Assembly: GCA_963729625.1 (NCBI GenBank)
Contig: CAVSOU010000011.1
Location: forward strand, 128,001-192,000
Direction: 5' to 3'
Origin: an uncultured bacterium
Lineage (GTDB): Bacteria > Chloroflexota > UBA5177 > JANWHV01
DNA length: 64,000 nt
Below the pieces are notes generated by a model that worked only from the letters and a program-made list of their open reading frames with translations, was not told the DNA's origin and did no database searches. Made by a program: the position numbers and the translations under genes. This document shows, piece by piece, positions 1 through 10,306 of the stretch. Positions within the stretch are counted from its first letter, which is position 1; the number at the start of each line of letters is the position of its first letter.

Positions 1-696
1 GCGCGGATCGACCCGCGTATCCTTGGCATGCACGTGGGCAATGGCAGAACCGAGCGCGCGCACAACCTCCAACGGATCCATCCCCTGCCACCACAGATGA
101 CTGGGATCGAGATTGGCACAGATGGTCTTGCCCACAGCCTCGCGCAGGCGCAGCATCGAGGCGGTGTTGTAGACGCTCATGCCGGGATGCATCTCGAAGC
201 ACAGGAGGACGCCGTGCTCTCGGGCGAGGACAGCAGTCTCAGTCCAGAAGGGCAGGATCACCTCATTCCATTGCCAGGCCAAGAGCTCGGCGAAGTGGTC
301 CGGCCAGGTGAACGTGACCCAGTTTGGGTGGTCGGCACCACCCGGTGCGCCGGGACAGCCGCTCATGGTCACGACGCGATCCAGGCCAAGTGCTCCAGCG
401 AGCCGGACGGTGTCGCGGATAACCTCGGCATCGTGCCGCGCCATCTCCGCAACGGGGTGAAGCGGGTTACCGCTGCAATTGAGGGCACTGAGCACCAGGC
501 CGCGCCGGCTGAGATCGTCGAGCAGGTGCTTGCGCGCACCAGCGTCCTCGAGCATGTGGCGCAGATCGAGGTGCGGGGCGGGCGAGAAGTTTCCGGCGCC
601 GATCTCCACGGCCTCAATGCCCCATTCGACGTAGCGGTCGAGCGATTCGTCCAGCGAGAGGTTCAGGGTGCTGTCGGTGAACACGCCGATGCGCAT
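1..696 (-). CDS. Sugar phosphate isomerase/epimerase (IolE/xylose-isomerase-like TIM barrel), 3' end runs off window
   Basis: Own translation from ATG at 696 (RBS AGAAGGAG): MRIGVFTDS...EIGAGNFSPAPH...NCSGNPLHP...MSGCPG...FEMHPG...NLDPSHLWWQGMDP...HVHAKD. Confidence 0.88.
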   Translation of the reverse strand, partial: MRIGVFTDSTLNLSLDESLDRYVEWGIEAVEIGAGNFSPAPHLDLRHMLEDAGARKHLLDDLSRRGLVLSALNCSGNPLHPVAEMARHDAEVIRDTVRLAGALGLDRVVTMSGCPGAPGGADHPNWVTFTWPDHFAELLAWQWNEVILPFWTETAVLAREHGVLLCFEMHPGMSVYNTASMLRLREAVGKTICANLDPSHLWWQGMDPLEVVRALGSAIAHVHAKDTRVDPR

Positions 697-750
697 GTGG
701 GTCTCCTTCTCATTCACTTGGCGACGTAGCCAGCAATGGCCGGCGCCATT

Positions 751-1821
751 TCAGCAGCGAAGCGCTTTGAGCATGGCAATGGCCTGGGCCACGTCCTCTT
801 TGCCCTCGGCGCCGTCAGTCAGCGGGTGAGTGCCGTGAACCACGCAGTCGTGGAAGTGCAGCAGCTCCTGCTTGAATGCCTCCTCGAAGTTGGCAAGGTG
901 CTCGCTCCGGGTATAGACGCCCTCGTCCATGACCTCCAGCACCACCGGAGTGGGCACGCTCTTGAGGAACGGCGAGGGGAAGTGGATACCCAGTCTGCCG
1001 TCGATCGCCAGGAGCGATATGTCCTCCCGGTAGTTGCGCACATCGTCCAGGAAAGTCCAGGTGAGCACGGCCCTCACGTCCTTGCCGTAGCGGAGCATGC
1101 TCATCACCGCGTTGCCATCGGCCCATATCTCCGTGCTCAGGACCTCGTCGGGCGCGCCCAGCAGCCCGCGCAGGGCATTGATGTCGTGGATGATGCTGCC
1201 CAGCAACACCTCCGCGTAGGCAAACTCGATGGACGCTGGCACCTCTCCCACTGCCTCGCGCACCAGAGCCGACTGCTCGGCCCGCAGCCGATCCAGGGTG
1301 GTCGTCGGCACGTCGGCGGCGCGGCGTAGCCCGTGGTGCTCCAAATACTGCGGCTCCGATGGATGCCAGATGTGCACCTCCACCGCGCGCAACCCGCGCA
1401 GACGCGGCAGCACTCGTTGCGCGAAACGGTAGCCAGGATCGTAGCGCTTCATGTAGGCCACCATGAGCGTCACGCGGGCGGCCTCGGCGGCGGTGATCAT
1501 CTCGTCGGCTTCGCGCAGGGTGAAGCACATCGGCTTCTCCACCAGGATATGTCTGCCGGCCTGAGCGGCGGCGACTGCCGCGGCCGCGTGCGAGCCGGGC
1601 GTCAGGATCAGCACGGCATCCAGATCGTGGCGCACCAACTCCCGAAAGTCGGCGTAGCGAGCGGACACGCCATAGTGGTCGCCGACGGCATCGAGCACGC
1701 CGGGCGAGATATCGCAGAGAGCGGTAATGGCGAACCTATCGTCCAGCTCCCGCAGGTAAGGCAGGTGCATAACCTGCGCAACGCCGCCGCAGCCGATCAC
1801 GCCCACGCGCACACGATCCAT
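751..1821 (-). CDS. Gfo/Idh/MocA family oxidoreductase
   Basis: MDRVRVGVIGCGGVA Rossmann motif, EKP motif, VAYMKRYDP, HDIN. Confidence 0.92.
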   Translation of the reverse strand: MDRVRVGVIGCGGVAQVMHLPYLRELDDRFAITALCDISPGVLDAVGDHYGVSARYADFRELVRHDLDAVLILTPGSHAAAAVAAAQAGRHILVEKPMCFTLREADEMITAAEAARVTLMVAYMKRYDPGYRFAQRVLPRLRGLRAVEVHIWHPSEPQYLEHHGLRRAADVPTTTLDRLRAEQSALVREAVGEVPASIEFAYAEVLLGSIIHDINALRGLLGAPDEVLSTEIWADGNAVMSMLRYGKDVRAVLTWTFLDDVRNYREDISLLAIDGRLGIHFPSPFLKSVPTPVVLEVMDEGVYTRSEHLANFEEAFKQELLHFHDCVVHGTHPLTDGAEGKEDVAQAIAMLKALRC

Positions 1822-2233
1822 CAAGATACTCCCTCTTGCTTCTCCACTGCCGGCATCGGGACGGCGGTACAGCCGCACGAGTGCCGGATAATCAGCTCCA
1901 TTGGTAACAGGGTCTTTCACTCTCGCGGTCCCCACGCTCCTCGGTGTCGCACACCAACACGGTGTAGCCGTGCCGGCTCAGGACAGAGGCAGCGCCGCGC
2001 AGCGCCGCGGCGTAGAAGGGGCTGGAGATGTCGCGTACGATCATGCCGATAGTCTGGCTGCGCCGAGCCCGCAGCCCCCGCGCCAGCGAGGATGGCTGGA
2101 AGCGAAGACGCTCTGCCGCTTGCAATACGCGAGCACGGGCCTCGTTGCTGACGTAGGGTCTCCCGTTGATGGTGCGCAAAGCCGTGGCGACCGAGACTTC
2201 GGCCGCTCGGGCCACGTCGAGCAGGGTGGCCAT
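1821..2233 (-). pseudogene. LacI-family repressor with large internal out-of-frame deletion
   Basis: N-terminal HTH MATLLDVARAAEVSVATALRTING...LARGLRARRSQTIGMIV stops at 1892. The typical LacI C-terminus (LPMELIIRHSCGC) follows at once in another frame and ends in a TGA overlapping the oxidoreductase ATG. Confidence 0.85.
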
Positions 2234-2362
2234 CGCTCCGGCGCCGTGCGCGGTGCACGTCCGCGTGGCGGGAGCGGTGCTGGGGGGGCAACCGGGCGCA
2301 CGATGAGCGGCATGCCGGGACCCTGCAGGCGGCATGGCCGGACCGCTCACGTCTGCCACTTC

Positions 2363-3268
2363 TTACCCCTTGATGCCTGTGAGGGCGATGCCCTGTACGA
2401 AGGCCCGCTGCGCCACCAGGAAGAGCAAGATGACCGGCAGCATGAACATCACTGATGCTGCCATCAGCGGCCCCCACGAGATGAAGTGCGCAGACTGGAA
2501 GTCGCGCATGCCGAGCGACAGCGTCCACAGGTCGTTGTTGCCCTGCAGGTAGATCAGGGGGCCGAAGAAGTCGGTCCAGGTGGCGAGGAAGGTCAGCAGT
2601 GAGACCACGGCGATCACCGGGCCGGAGAGCGGGAGGATGACTCCGAGGAAGATGCGAAACTCCGAGGCCCCGTCGACGGTGCCGGCGTCGTTCAGCTCGG
2701 CCGGGATACCCCGGAAGAACTGACGCAGCAGGAAGATGTAGAAGGCATTGCCGCCAAAAGCCGGAATGATAAGCGGCCAGAAGGTGTTGACCAGCCCGAG
2801 ATTGGCGAAGATCACGTAGACCGGGATGATCGTGACCGGATAGGGCAGTAGCATCGTGCACAGCACGATAAAGAAGAGCATGTCACGCCCCGGCCACCGC
2901 AGACGTGCCAGGGCGTAGGCGGGAGGCGTGCAAGAGATGAGCGTGCCCACCACGTTGGCCACGGACAGAATGACCGTGTTGGCCGTGTAGCGAAAGAAGG
3001 GCACGGTGCTCAGCGCTTTCGGGTAGTTGGAGAAGTCCCAGACCAACGGCAGGAAGGTCATCTTGTGGAATGTCTCATCCGCCGTCTTGAACGAGGAGAG
3101 CAGCATCCAGATGAAAGGAAACAGCCAGAACGCGGCCAGGATCAGCAGCGTGATGTGCACGGCGAGCCGGCCGAGCAGCTTCCGGCGGCGCAGCCGTGTG
3201 CCCACGCCCGACGTAGGTGGCACCGCGCGGCTCATCTCGGCGATCTTTGCAGGCGTGGCGTTACTCAC
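2363..3268 (-). CDS. Carbohydrate ABC transporter permease (MalG-like)
   Basis: TM helices; LLRQFFRGIPAELNDAGTVDGASEF EAA loop. Confidence 0.93.
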   Translation of the reverse strand: MSNATPAKIAEMSRAVPPTSGVGTRLRRRKLLGRLAVHITLLILAAFWLFPFIWMLLSSFKTADETFHKMTFLPLVWDFSNYPKALSTVPFFRYTANTVILSVANVVGTLISCTPPAYALARLRWPGRDMLFFIVLCTMLLPYPVTIIPVYVIFANLGLVNTFWPLIIPAFGGNAFYIFLLRQFFRGIPAELNDAGTVDGASEFRIFLGVILPLSGPVIAVVSLLTFLATWTDFFGPLIYLQGNNDLWTLSLGMRDFQSAHFISWGPLMAASVMFMLPVILLFLVAQRAFVQGIALTGIKG

Positions 3269-3271
3269 CGC

Positions 3272-4177
3272 TCACGTCGATTCGTAATAGACCCAACGCC
3301 GCGCCCCCAGGATGAGAATCAGCGTGGCCACCAGGATCAGCAGGAAGAGCAGCGTGGCCTGCGCGCTGGCATAGCCGAAGCGCGCGTAGGCAAAGAGGCT
3401 ATTCCACATGTACATCACCGGGAACATCAGTGATCCTTCGGGTGCTCCAACCGAGCTGCCGTAGGCCGTGGACGACAGGACCAGGCCCTGCGTGAAAATC
3501 TGGAAGGTATTGATCATGCCCACCATGAGGTTGAAGAAGGTTGCGGGCGACACCATGGGAATGGTGACATGCCAGAGGCGGCCCCAGAGACCTGCTCCGT
3601 CGACCTGCGCCGCCTCGTAGAGGTGCGCGGGCACTTCCTGCAACGCGGCCATATAGATAATCGTCGTGGTGCCCACGGTCCAGAGAAGGAGAAGCACCAG
3701 GCACGGTTTGGACCACGTGGCGTCGGTGAGCCAGTTCGGCTGCGGCAGGCCGACCTTGCTCAGCCCGACGTCCACCACGCCCAGCTCCGGGTTGAAGAGC
3801 CAGGTCCAGATCAGCGTGACCGCCACTAGCGGCATGAAGGCGGGCAGTACCAGTGCCGCGCGGTATAGGGCCCTGCCTCGGATAGGGAAATTGAGCAGCC
3901 AGGCATGCAGGAACGCCACGATAAGCGTCAGGGGCACCGACACCACCACCATGTAGGCCATGTTGAAGAGTGCTTGCTGGTACATGTCGTCGGATGTGAG
4001 CATGAAGCGGAAGTTGTTGGTGCCAATCCAGCGTGGCGGATCGGCGCCGTTGTAGTGCGTGAATCCCAGATAGGTCGTTCCCACCATTGGATAGAGGGTG
4101 AAGGCGACCAGGCCGAACAGGAACGGGGTCATGAACAGCAAGCCGGTGACCAGGTTACGTCGCATGAGCCGGCTCAT
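3272..4177 (-). CDS. Carbohydrate ABC transporter permease (MalF-like)
   Basis: LQEVPAHLYEAAQVDGA EAA loop; AGGAGG RBS supports ATG at 4177. Confidence 0.93.
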   Translation of the reverse strand: MSRLMRRNLVTGLLFMTPFLFGLVAFTLYPMVGTTYLGFTHYNGADPPRWIGTNNFRFMLTSDDMYQQALFNMAYMVVVSVPLTLIVAFLHAWLLNFPIRGRALYRAALVLPAFMPLVAVTLIWTWLFNPELGVVDVGLSKVGLPQPNWLTDATWSKPCLVLLLLWTVGTTTIIYMAALQEVPAHLYEAAQVDGAGLWGRLWHVTIPMVSPATFFNLMVGMINTFQIFTQGLVLSSTAYGSSVGAPEGSLMFPVMYMWNSLFAYARFGYASAQATLLFLLILVATLILILGARRWVYYEST

Positions 4178-4202
4178 GTTCCTCCTGCCAGCGCTGTGCA
4201 TG

Positions 4203-4232
4203 GCCGGGGCGAGCCGAGCGGCTCGCCCCGGC
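4203..4232. terminator. GC-rich hairpin after the solute-binding protein gene (mRNA stabiliser or attenuator)
   Basis: GCCGGGGCGAGCCG-AG-CGGCTCGCCCCGGC perfect inverted repeat. Confidence 0.6.
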
Positions 4233-4238
4233 TCTCTG

Positions 4239-5579
4239 TCAGATGCCTGAGGCCTGTTGATCGAGCAGTGCCTGCATATCCTTGGTCACCTTATCCAAGC
4301 CGTCCTTCGCCGACATCCGGCCGTGGAGGACCTTGTCCTCGGTGGTGGCCAGCTCAGCGGCAAACTGCGCGGAGATGGGCAGGTTGGGGAAGATTTGGAT
4401 CTGCGCGACACCGGCCTGGTGCACGAACGTGCGGTAGTAGGGGTTCGGATCGAGGTTGTTGCTGGTCAGCGCTGCCTTGACCTGAGGCACGTTGTTGAGC
4501 ACATTGGCGAAGCTCACCGTGGGATCGACGTTCTGGATCCAGAGCAGGTACTGGAAGGCAGCCTCCGGATGCGGTGCCTTGCGCATAATGAAGCCCATGT
4601 TGCCACCGGCCTCCGCGACGTTCGTGTTGCCGCGGGCCGCGGGCACGGGCAGCGGCGCCACGCCGTAGTCGAACGTCTTGGGATTGCCGTACTGCTTGAT
4701 AAACTGCGGGTTCCACTCGCCCGAGATGTACATGGCCAGCTTGTTGCTCAAGAAGAGATTCTGGGGTGTGCCGACGGCCGGGTTATTGTAGGCGCCGAAG
4801 TGATCGACGTTCGACACGCCGACGGTCTGGTAGTACTTCGCCTCCCAGGCCAGCGCTTGCACGCACTGGCTGCAGTTGGCTGTGATCGTCTTGCCGTCGG
4901 AGCTGACGAGCTGGCCGCCGAACATGTTGATGTACACGGGGAGGTATGTGCCCACGAAGTCGGGCCCGCCGTAGGTCGGCAGCATCGCCAGCGAAGTGAT
5001 TTTGCCGGAGGAATCCCGCAGCGTCAGCTTGTTCCAGAGCGCCTGCACCTCCTCAATGGTGCGCGGCGGCTTGTTGGGGTCCAGTCCCGCCTTGCGGAAC
5101 AGGTTCTTGTTGTAGAGCATCATGTAGCAGTCGGTCAGGTACGGCATGGCCCACACGTGGCCGTTGTACGTGATCAACTGGCGGGCCGAGGACGTGAGGC
5201 GATTGAGGTCGAAATGGCTCTGCTGTATGAACGAGTCCAGGTTATGGACCACGCCGTTGCTCGCCCAGGTACCGACTTCGGCATTGCCGCAATCGAAATA
5301 GATATCCGGCGGTTTGCCACCGCTCTCGGCGGTCAACACCTGCTGCACGGTGGCGCCGTAGGTGGCCTTGACCACGATATCCTTCTGCACCTGATTGAAG
5401 CTCTCAGCGATCTTGACGAACTGGGTGCCCTGGTAGCGGTCCGGCCAGCATCCCGCCACGTTGATCACCACAGGCGCCTTGGCGCGCTGGCCCAGAACGG
5501 GGCCGGCGTGGACCTGCGGCACGATCAGGAGAGCGGCGATGAGTGCAGCGCGTAGTAGCCGTGAGTTGCGTGCCATCAC
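4239..5579 (-). CDS. Sugar ABC transporter extracellular solute-binding protein
   Basis: Signal peptide, PPDI, YNKNLFRKAGLDPNKPPRT, AMYISGEW; AGGAGG RBS. Confidence 0.93.
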   Translation of the reverse strand: MMARNSRLLRAALIAALLIVPQVHAGPVLGQRAKAPVVINVAGCWPDRYQGTQFVKIAESFNQVQKDIVVKATYGATVQQVLTAESGGKPPDIYFDCGNAEVGTWASNGVVHNLDSFIQQSHFDLNRLTSSARQLITYNGHVWAMPYLTDCYMMLYNKNLFRKAGLDPNKPPRTIEEVQALWNKLTLRDSSGKITSLAMLPTYGGPDFVGTYLPVYINMFGGQLVSSDGKTITANCSQCVQALAWEAKYYQTVGVSNVDHFGAYNNPAVGTPQNLFLSNKLAMYISGEWNPQFIKQYGNPKTFDYGVAPLPVPAARGNTNVAEAGGNMGFIMRKAPHPEAAFQYLLWIQNVDPTVSFANVLNNVPQVKAALTSNNLDPNPYYRTFVHQAGVAQIQIFPNLPISAQFAAELATTEDKVLHGRMSAKDGLDKVTKDMQALLDQQASGI

Positions 5580-5767
5580 AGAACCTCCTGTATGGGTCGA
5601 TCAATGACATCGCTCGACGACCAGGTCAGGTTTTACTGCTGCCGCTGACCTCCTTCCTGTGGGGTGCCACCTCCAGTGCCCTCACCAGCGCCGGGATGTC
5701 CCGGGCGTTCGACGCTCCCAGCGGCGGCGCAAGAGCGGACGCTAGCGGCCAAAGCCCGCCCGGGCAC

Positions 5768-5826
5768 TCTCTGGAAACGTTCTCAGAGATGACTCGGATA
5801 GTAGCATAGGCCCTATGCGCTGTCAA
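5768..5826 (-). promoter_or_regulatory. Sigma70 promoter plus LacI-family operator for the sugar ABC operon
   Basis: Minus strand TTGACA (5826-5821), 17-nt spacer, TGc-TACTAT (5803-5798). Palindrome TCTCTGGAAACGTTCTCAGAGA at 5768-5789 matches LacI-type TGNAANCGNTTNCA just downstream of the predicted start. Confidence 0.8.
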
Positions 5827-6391
5827 GACGGCCGCTACCCCAGCCCGGACCCGGAAAAGGTGATAACGTATAAGCACTGGAGCAAGGCCATGATGTATAT
5901 GGAAATCGCGCGCCCGAGCACGCCGTCTCCTGGCGGAGCCATCGGTCGCAAGGGTCAGCACGTGAAGGAACGACCGCGCTATGGCTCGGCGACCTGCTGC
6001 ATGGCGCGCGATCGCGCACGCCGCAAAGCGGACTCATCAAAGACATCGGCCCCGGTATCAAGTGCGACGTCACATCCACGCAATGACAGACAGCTTCCAG
6101 TGCCCCACGGTGCGTGGCCTCTTGACGAGTTTCCATGCACGAAGCCGCATGACCTTTCAGCTGCGGCACGGTTCCTTCGCGCTCCCAGTGTAAGGCGCAG
6201 CTACACGTTGCACACAAATTGGCGCGCGGGCGACTTGCCGGTCGTCTGCCGGACCGTGCCCCGCACTCTGCGGCCGATCGTTGGACAGCGCCGCGCATGG
6301 CAAGTGGCGCGCTCCGAGCCAACGTGCGCCAGGGGGACGTGGCCATAACCTGAAGTCGGTCGAGATCTTGTCACTGAAGCTGGGACACTGC

Positions 6392-7393
6392 CTACAACCT
6401 GCCGGCGGCCTTCAGCACGTACAACGCGTCGACGGACACGAAAGGGTTTTGCTGCGTCCTGCCGCCCGGTCCCCAGTCTGCGAAGCTGCCACGGCTCGTT
6501 ATCATTGGCGAATGCGCGCAGGTCCTGATCTCCAGCGGGAAGCCCCCATCCGGCAACTGCTTTGCGGCAAGCAGGTCGAGGGCGGCACCACATCGCGGAT
6601 CGCCGAGCATGCCGCATTCCGCCATGACCGTGAGCGCGAAGAGGACGTCGTAGAACTGGATCGGGTACTGAATGGCGGTAATCTCCTTACCCCAGTCTGG
6701 GCGAATGAGGGCGCCGTCATGCACGCGATACAGGAGCCGTCTGCGCAAGAGATACTCTGCGGCCCGTTCCGCACAGGCCAAAGCCGGCGCATGTCCATAT
6801 GCACGGCCATAGTGCCGGAGTGCGCGCAGTGGGATGAGCGTCTCCTGCACCGAGGAGGTGCGCGCCTGCGGCCGCTTGTCACAGTTCCAGCCGCCATCGG
6901 GCCATTGCCAGACTACTAACCGCCGGGCGAGCTGGTGGATAGGCTCGTCGGCGAGTCCCAGCTTCATCGCGTACCAGAGCGCATTGCCCTCCTGGGACGC
7001 GCACCGACGCACTCGGTCCTCCTGGCCAGGAAGAACGAGGGTGCTGGGGAAACGCAGGTGCGTGGGCGCAAACAGCCAAGCCCATATCTGGTCCTGCAGG
7101 GGCACCAACCCGTCGTTGTCACTGTCCGGATAGGCGATGAGCGCCAGGCTGTACAGGGTCCAGTGCGGACCCTGCCACTTCTTGTAGGGATGCGTACGGA
7201 TGGTGCCGTCCTCCTGCCGGTGGCCGAGCAACCGGCGCGCCATCTCGCAGGTCCGGATTGACCCGCGCAACCGCACCATCGCTGGAGAGGCAGGCGGCTC
7301 GTCGAGGAGCAGATATCGCGCGCGGAAGGCCACAACTGGATTGGCGGATGCGCCCAGTTGCGATATCAGGCGTTCTATCGTCGCGCTGCGCAT
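6392..7393 (-). CDS. Hypothetical protein, prenyltransferase/squalene-cyclase-repeat (alpha/alpha toroid) like
   Basis: QW-like repeats RQEDG, WQWPDGGWNC, KQLPDGGFP. Confidence 0.7.
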   Translation of the reverse strand: MRSATIERLISQLGASANPVVAFRARYLLLDEPPASPAMVRLRGSIRTCEMARRLLGHRQEDGTIRTHPYKKWQGPHWTLYSLALIAYPDSDNDGLVPLQDQIWAWLFAPTHLRFPSTLVLPGQEDRVRRCASQEGNALWYAMKLGLADEPIHQLARRLVVWQWPDGGWNCDKRPQARTSSVQETLIPLRALRHYGRAYGHAPALACAERAAEYLLRRRLLYRVHDGALIRPDWGKEITAIQYPIQFYDVLFALTVMAECGMLGDPRCGAALDLLAAKQLPDGGFPLEIRTCAHSPMITSRGSFADWGPGGRTQQNPFVSVDALYVLKAAGRL

Positions 7394-7518
7394 ACCGGTC
7401 CAGCTCTCACCCGGGGGTCACAGGGCTCTCGCCAGTCCTCCGATAGTGTCTTCACCGACTGTCTTCTTCGAGCGGACGCGTCAAGAAGACGGGCGCCGTG
7501 GATACGCATGGTGTCCCA

Positions 7519-8217
7519 TCAGGCGGCACCTTTCCGCACAAGATATACGCCCGTCGTCCCGCCTGCAGCGACCCTGGCGTCGGCGACGCGAAGGTGCGCG
7601 GCGGCAAAGAGCGGCGGTAGCCCGCGCTGGGCGATGAAGTGCCGGTAGTGCGCGAAGTGCTGGCGGCCGCCGATGATCAGCTCCAGGGCCAGGATGACGC
7701 CTTCGTAAATCCACCCGGTGGGGAATGCGTACGGGCCGGCGCGGAAGTCGGCGACGACGATCGCGCCGTCCTCGCGCACCACGCGCGCGCACTCGTCGAG
7801 CACGGCCCCGCGCAGCCTGGCCGGCAGCTCATGGAGGACCAGCACGACGTTGACCAGATCGAAGGTGCCGCTGGCGAAGCTGGTCTGCGCCGCGCTCTCC
7901 CGGCGGAGATCGGCATCTTGGCCTAGCTTCCTCCTGGCGAGTGCGAGCATGGCGGGCGACGTGTCCACGCCGGCGACCGGGCAGCCGGCCCGCTGGTAGA
8001 CGGCCAGTTGGGTGCCGGTGCCGCAGCCCATGTCTAGGACACGCAGCCCAGGTCGGGGCGGACACAGGGCATAGCCGATGGCTCTATTCCTTCCGGCGGC
8101 GGGTTCGACGAGCCAATCGTACCACCGGCCCACCTTCCTGTACGGGTCACGGTCCAGTGCGGCAGTCGGCTGAGATCCGGCAGGCACGGCCTCGGCGCGT
8201 CGGCGTGAGTGACTCAC
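7519..8217 (-). CDS. Class I SAM-dependent methyltransferase (UbiE-like)
   Basis: VLDMGCGTG, GVDTSPAML, FDLV...LHE; start GTG 8217 is tentative. Confidence 0.85.
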   Translation of the reverse strand: MSHSRRRAEAVPAGSQPTAALDRDPYRKVGRWYDWLVEPAAGRNRAIGYALCPPRPGLRVLDMGCGTGTQLAVYQRAGCPVAGVDTSPAMLALARRKLGQDADLRRESAAQTSFASGTFDLVNVVLVLHELPARLRGAVLDECARVVREDGAIVVADFRAGPYAFPTGWIYEGVILALELIIGGRQHFAHYRHFIAQRGLPPLFAAAHLRVADARVAAGGTTGVYLVRKGAA

Positions 8218-9498
8218 GGAATCTCTCCCGAATCGGGCGGCGTTACTGCGCACGCTCTCGGGTTGCTGGACGCTGGCTGGTTCAAGAGCGCCGCGTTCGC
8301 GCCTGACTCTAGGAGTACTGTAAGGCACCGGCCTCAACCGTGCAACAGAGTCGCCCGTGTCTACGGTGACTCGGCGACCGGTGCGAGCTGCTCAGCGCCT
8401 CTTAGCCGCCTGTCACAAAGCGGGGCTCCAATAATTGACCGTGCAGCTGACCCACGTGGGCAACCTGACAGGCCTGCGCCACGCTGCCCGAAAACGCCTG
8501 CCTGTCTCGAACAAATACCGCCGTTGGGACTGCATGGATATGCGGGAAATAGGTGCGCACCGTGGCGTCCGCGTTGCGCTACGCCAGGAACAAGCGTGCG
8601 TCTCCGCATGTCCGGGGCCCGGCTCAGAAGCCCCGCGATGCAACCTGTTTCTGCCCGAAACACACTACATCCATAAGGGAGTAAGCGCTCGGCTCTGGGC
8701 AGCGTCATCGGCGCCGATTTGGCAGCCGCCATCCACAAGCAGGTTGGTATGCTGGGCCGTGAGGACCCCGCATCAAGCACAGGATCCACCGACGTGCTAG
8801 GGTAGAGCTGGGCTGGCCCGGCTACGGGTATGGACCATCAACCCGGGGTGGGGTAGAGCCATCGTTCCCGCGGCAGGCAGAGTGTAAGAAGGGAAGACGG
8901 CGATGTCTGATCATGACCCGTGACGAGCGGGAAGCGTTCTGGCAGCGCTGCATGACGGCGCGACCAGCACGAGAAGCCAGACCACGGGGGTCGTAGTGCG
9001 GTGGGAACAGAGCGATAGGCGGCAGCAGCGCCTACGCGTTACGACGGTAGGCCAGCGCTGCGGCTGGTCAGCCTGCGCGCATTGCGTTTCCCTACGCGTA
9101 CTGTCGGTGCAAGGCGTGGTCCTGACCATAGGTCGTGGATGCCACATTCACCGTTGCCCTCTTACCCTACGCCATGAAGGTGCTTATCAAACGCCGGACT
9201 GTAGGCAGCACGCGGGATCAAGGCGCGCTCGTCCGGAAGACGGGGACAGACACGCGAAGGCTGTTGAGGAAACAGATCGCTATCTGTCGCGGCAAACGAG
9301 TACGTGGATGCGGCACATGGCGTCACCGTGGCGCGCTGCGCCGTGAAGTCGGGATGATCGAGCGGGGAGGGGATGATGGCAGAGAACGGCCGGTGACGGT
9401 CAGGTCTTGGCGGGGTTCGTGGCAGCCATGGGCGCTTTCTATGTCCTCACAACCACCGCAAATGTGGCACGGGAATACGCACTGACCAACCATCGGAA

Positions 9499-9730
9499 GT
9501 GAAGCTAGCGACTGATCTGCGTTTATCCATGCTCGCTCACCTTCAGCGGCTCGGCATGGATACCACGGGGCGGGTACGGAGCATCGATCTGCAGGCACGG
9601 TTCTCCACGGACGTGACGACAATCAAGCTTGCCCGCACGAGGTCTGCTTCCCACGGTCATTCGCTATGGCCTCCAGGTGTTCGCGGATCGTCGTGCTCCT
9701 GTTCTTCCTGGCGTGGCAACTGAAAGAGCA
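9499..9730 (+). pseudogene. Fragment of ABC exporter transmembrane domain
   Basis: LATDLRLSMLAHLQRL...DLQARFSTDV, then frameshifted ...LAWQL; no rest of gene. Confidence 0.5.
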
Positions 9731-10306
9731 GAACGCTACTGGGCGCCTTGGGCAGACGACCCATTGCGGCGAGGAGATCGGCGCGGCAGCGACACTGGAC
9801 ATGGCATTCTGCGAGGTGGGGATGCGCTGATCGCGGCGCTCTCGTCGTGGTGCCACACTATGCGAAGCTGACGGCGGTCGCCGTGTGGATCTTTACTTTG
9901 GCATTGTCAACCCCTTGCAGCCTGCTCGCCTTGTGCCCGCTCCATGCGCGAGCCGACGAGCGCCCGCCAGCTACGGCAGCGTCTTCCGCGCAGGCCATGG
10001 CGCGGCCGCGCAAATATCGTGAAGCCGTTGATGCCGGCAGAACATCTGGTCAGCGGGAGCCGAGCACCTCGTCCAGGCAAGTCGAGAAGCAGGTATAGAT
10101 AGCCAGATTCAGGAGGCGATGTTCGCGTGCTTCAGGAAGGCTGTGAACGTCGGACAGGCTTGCCCGATTTCGCGTTGTAGGATGCTTCAGCGGGAGCGAA
10201 TCGAGGACCATCGCATGATTACGCGAGTCATCGCGATGGTGGCTTTTCACTGAGAAACGGAGTTTGCGCTTGCTCGCGCGAAGCGGCGCAGCAAAAGAGG
10301 TGCAGC

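Noticed and set aside
751-1935. A natural LacI-oxidoreductase fusion or extended N-terminus
   Set aside because: The upstream extension overlaps the LacI C-terminal remnant in another frame. The real start is ATG 1821.
28-5555. Long plus-strand ORFs (28-729, 736-1329, 4257-5555) and similar antisense ORFs opposite gcv, glt and res
   Set aside because: These are shadow ORFs of GC-rich genes on the other strand, with no motifs.
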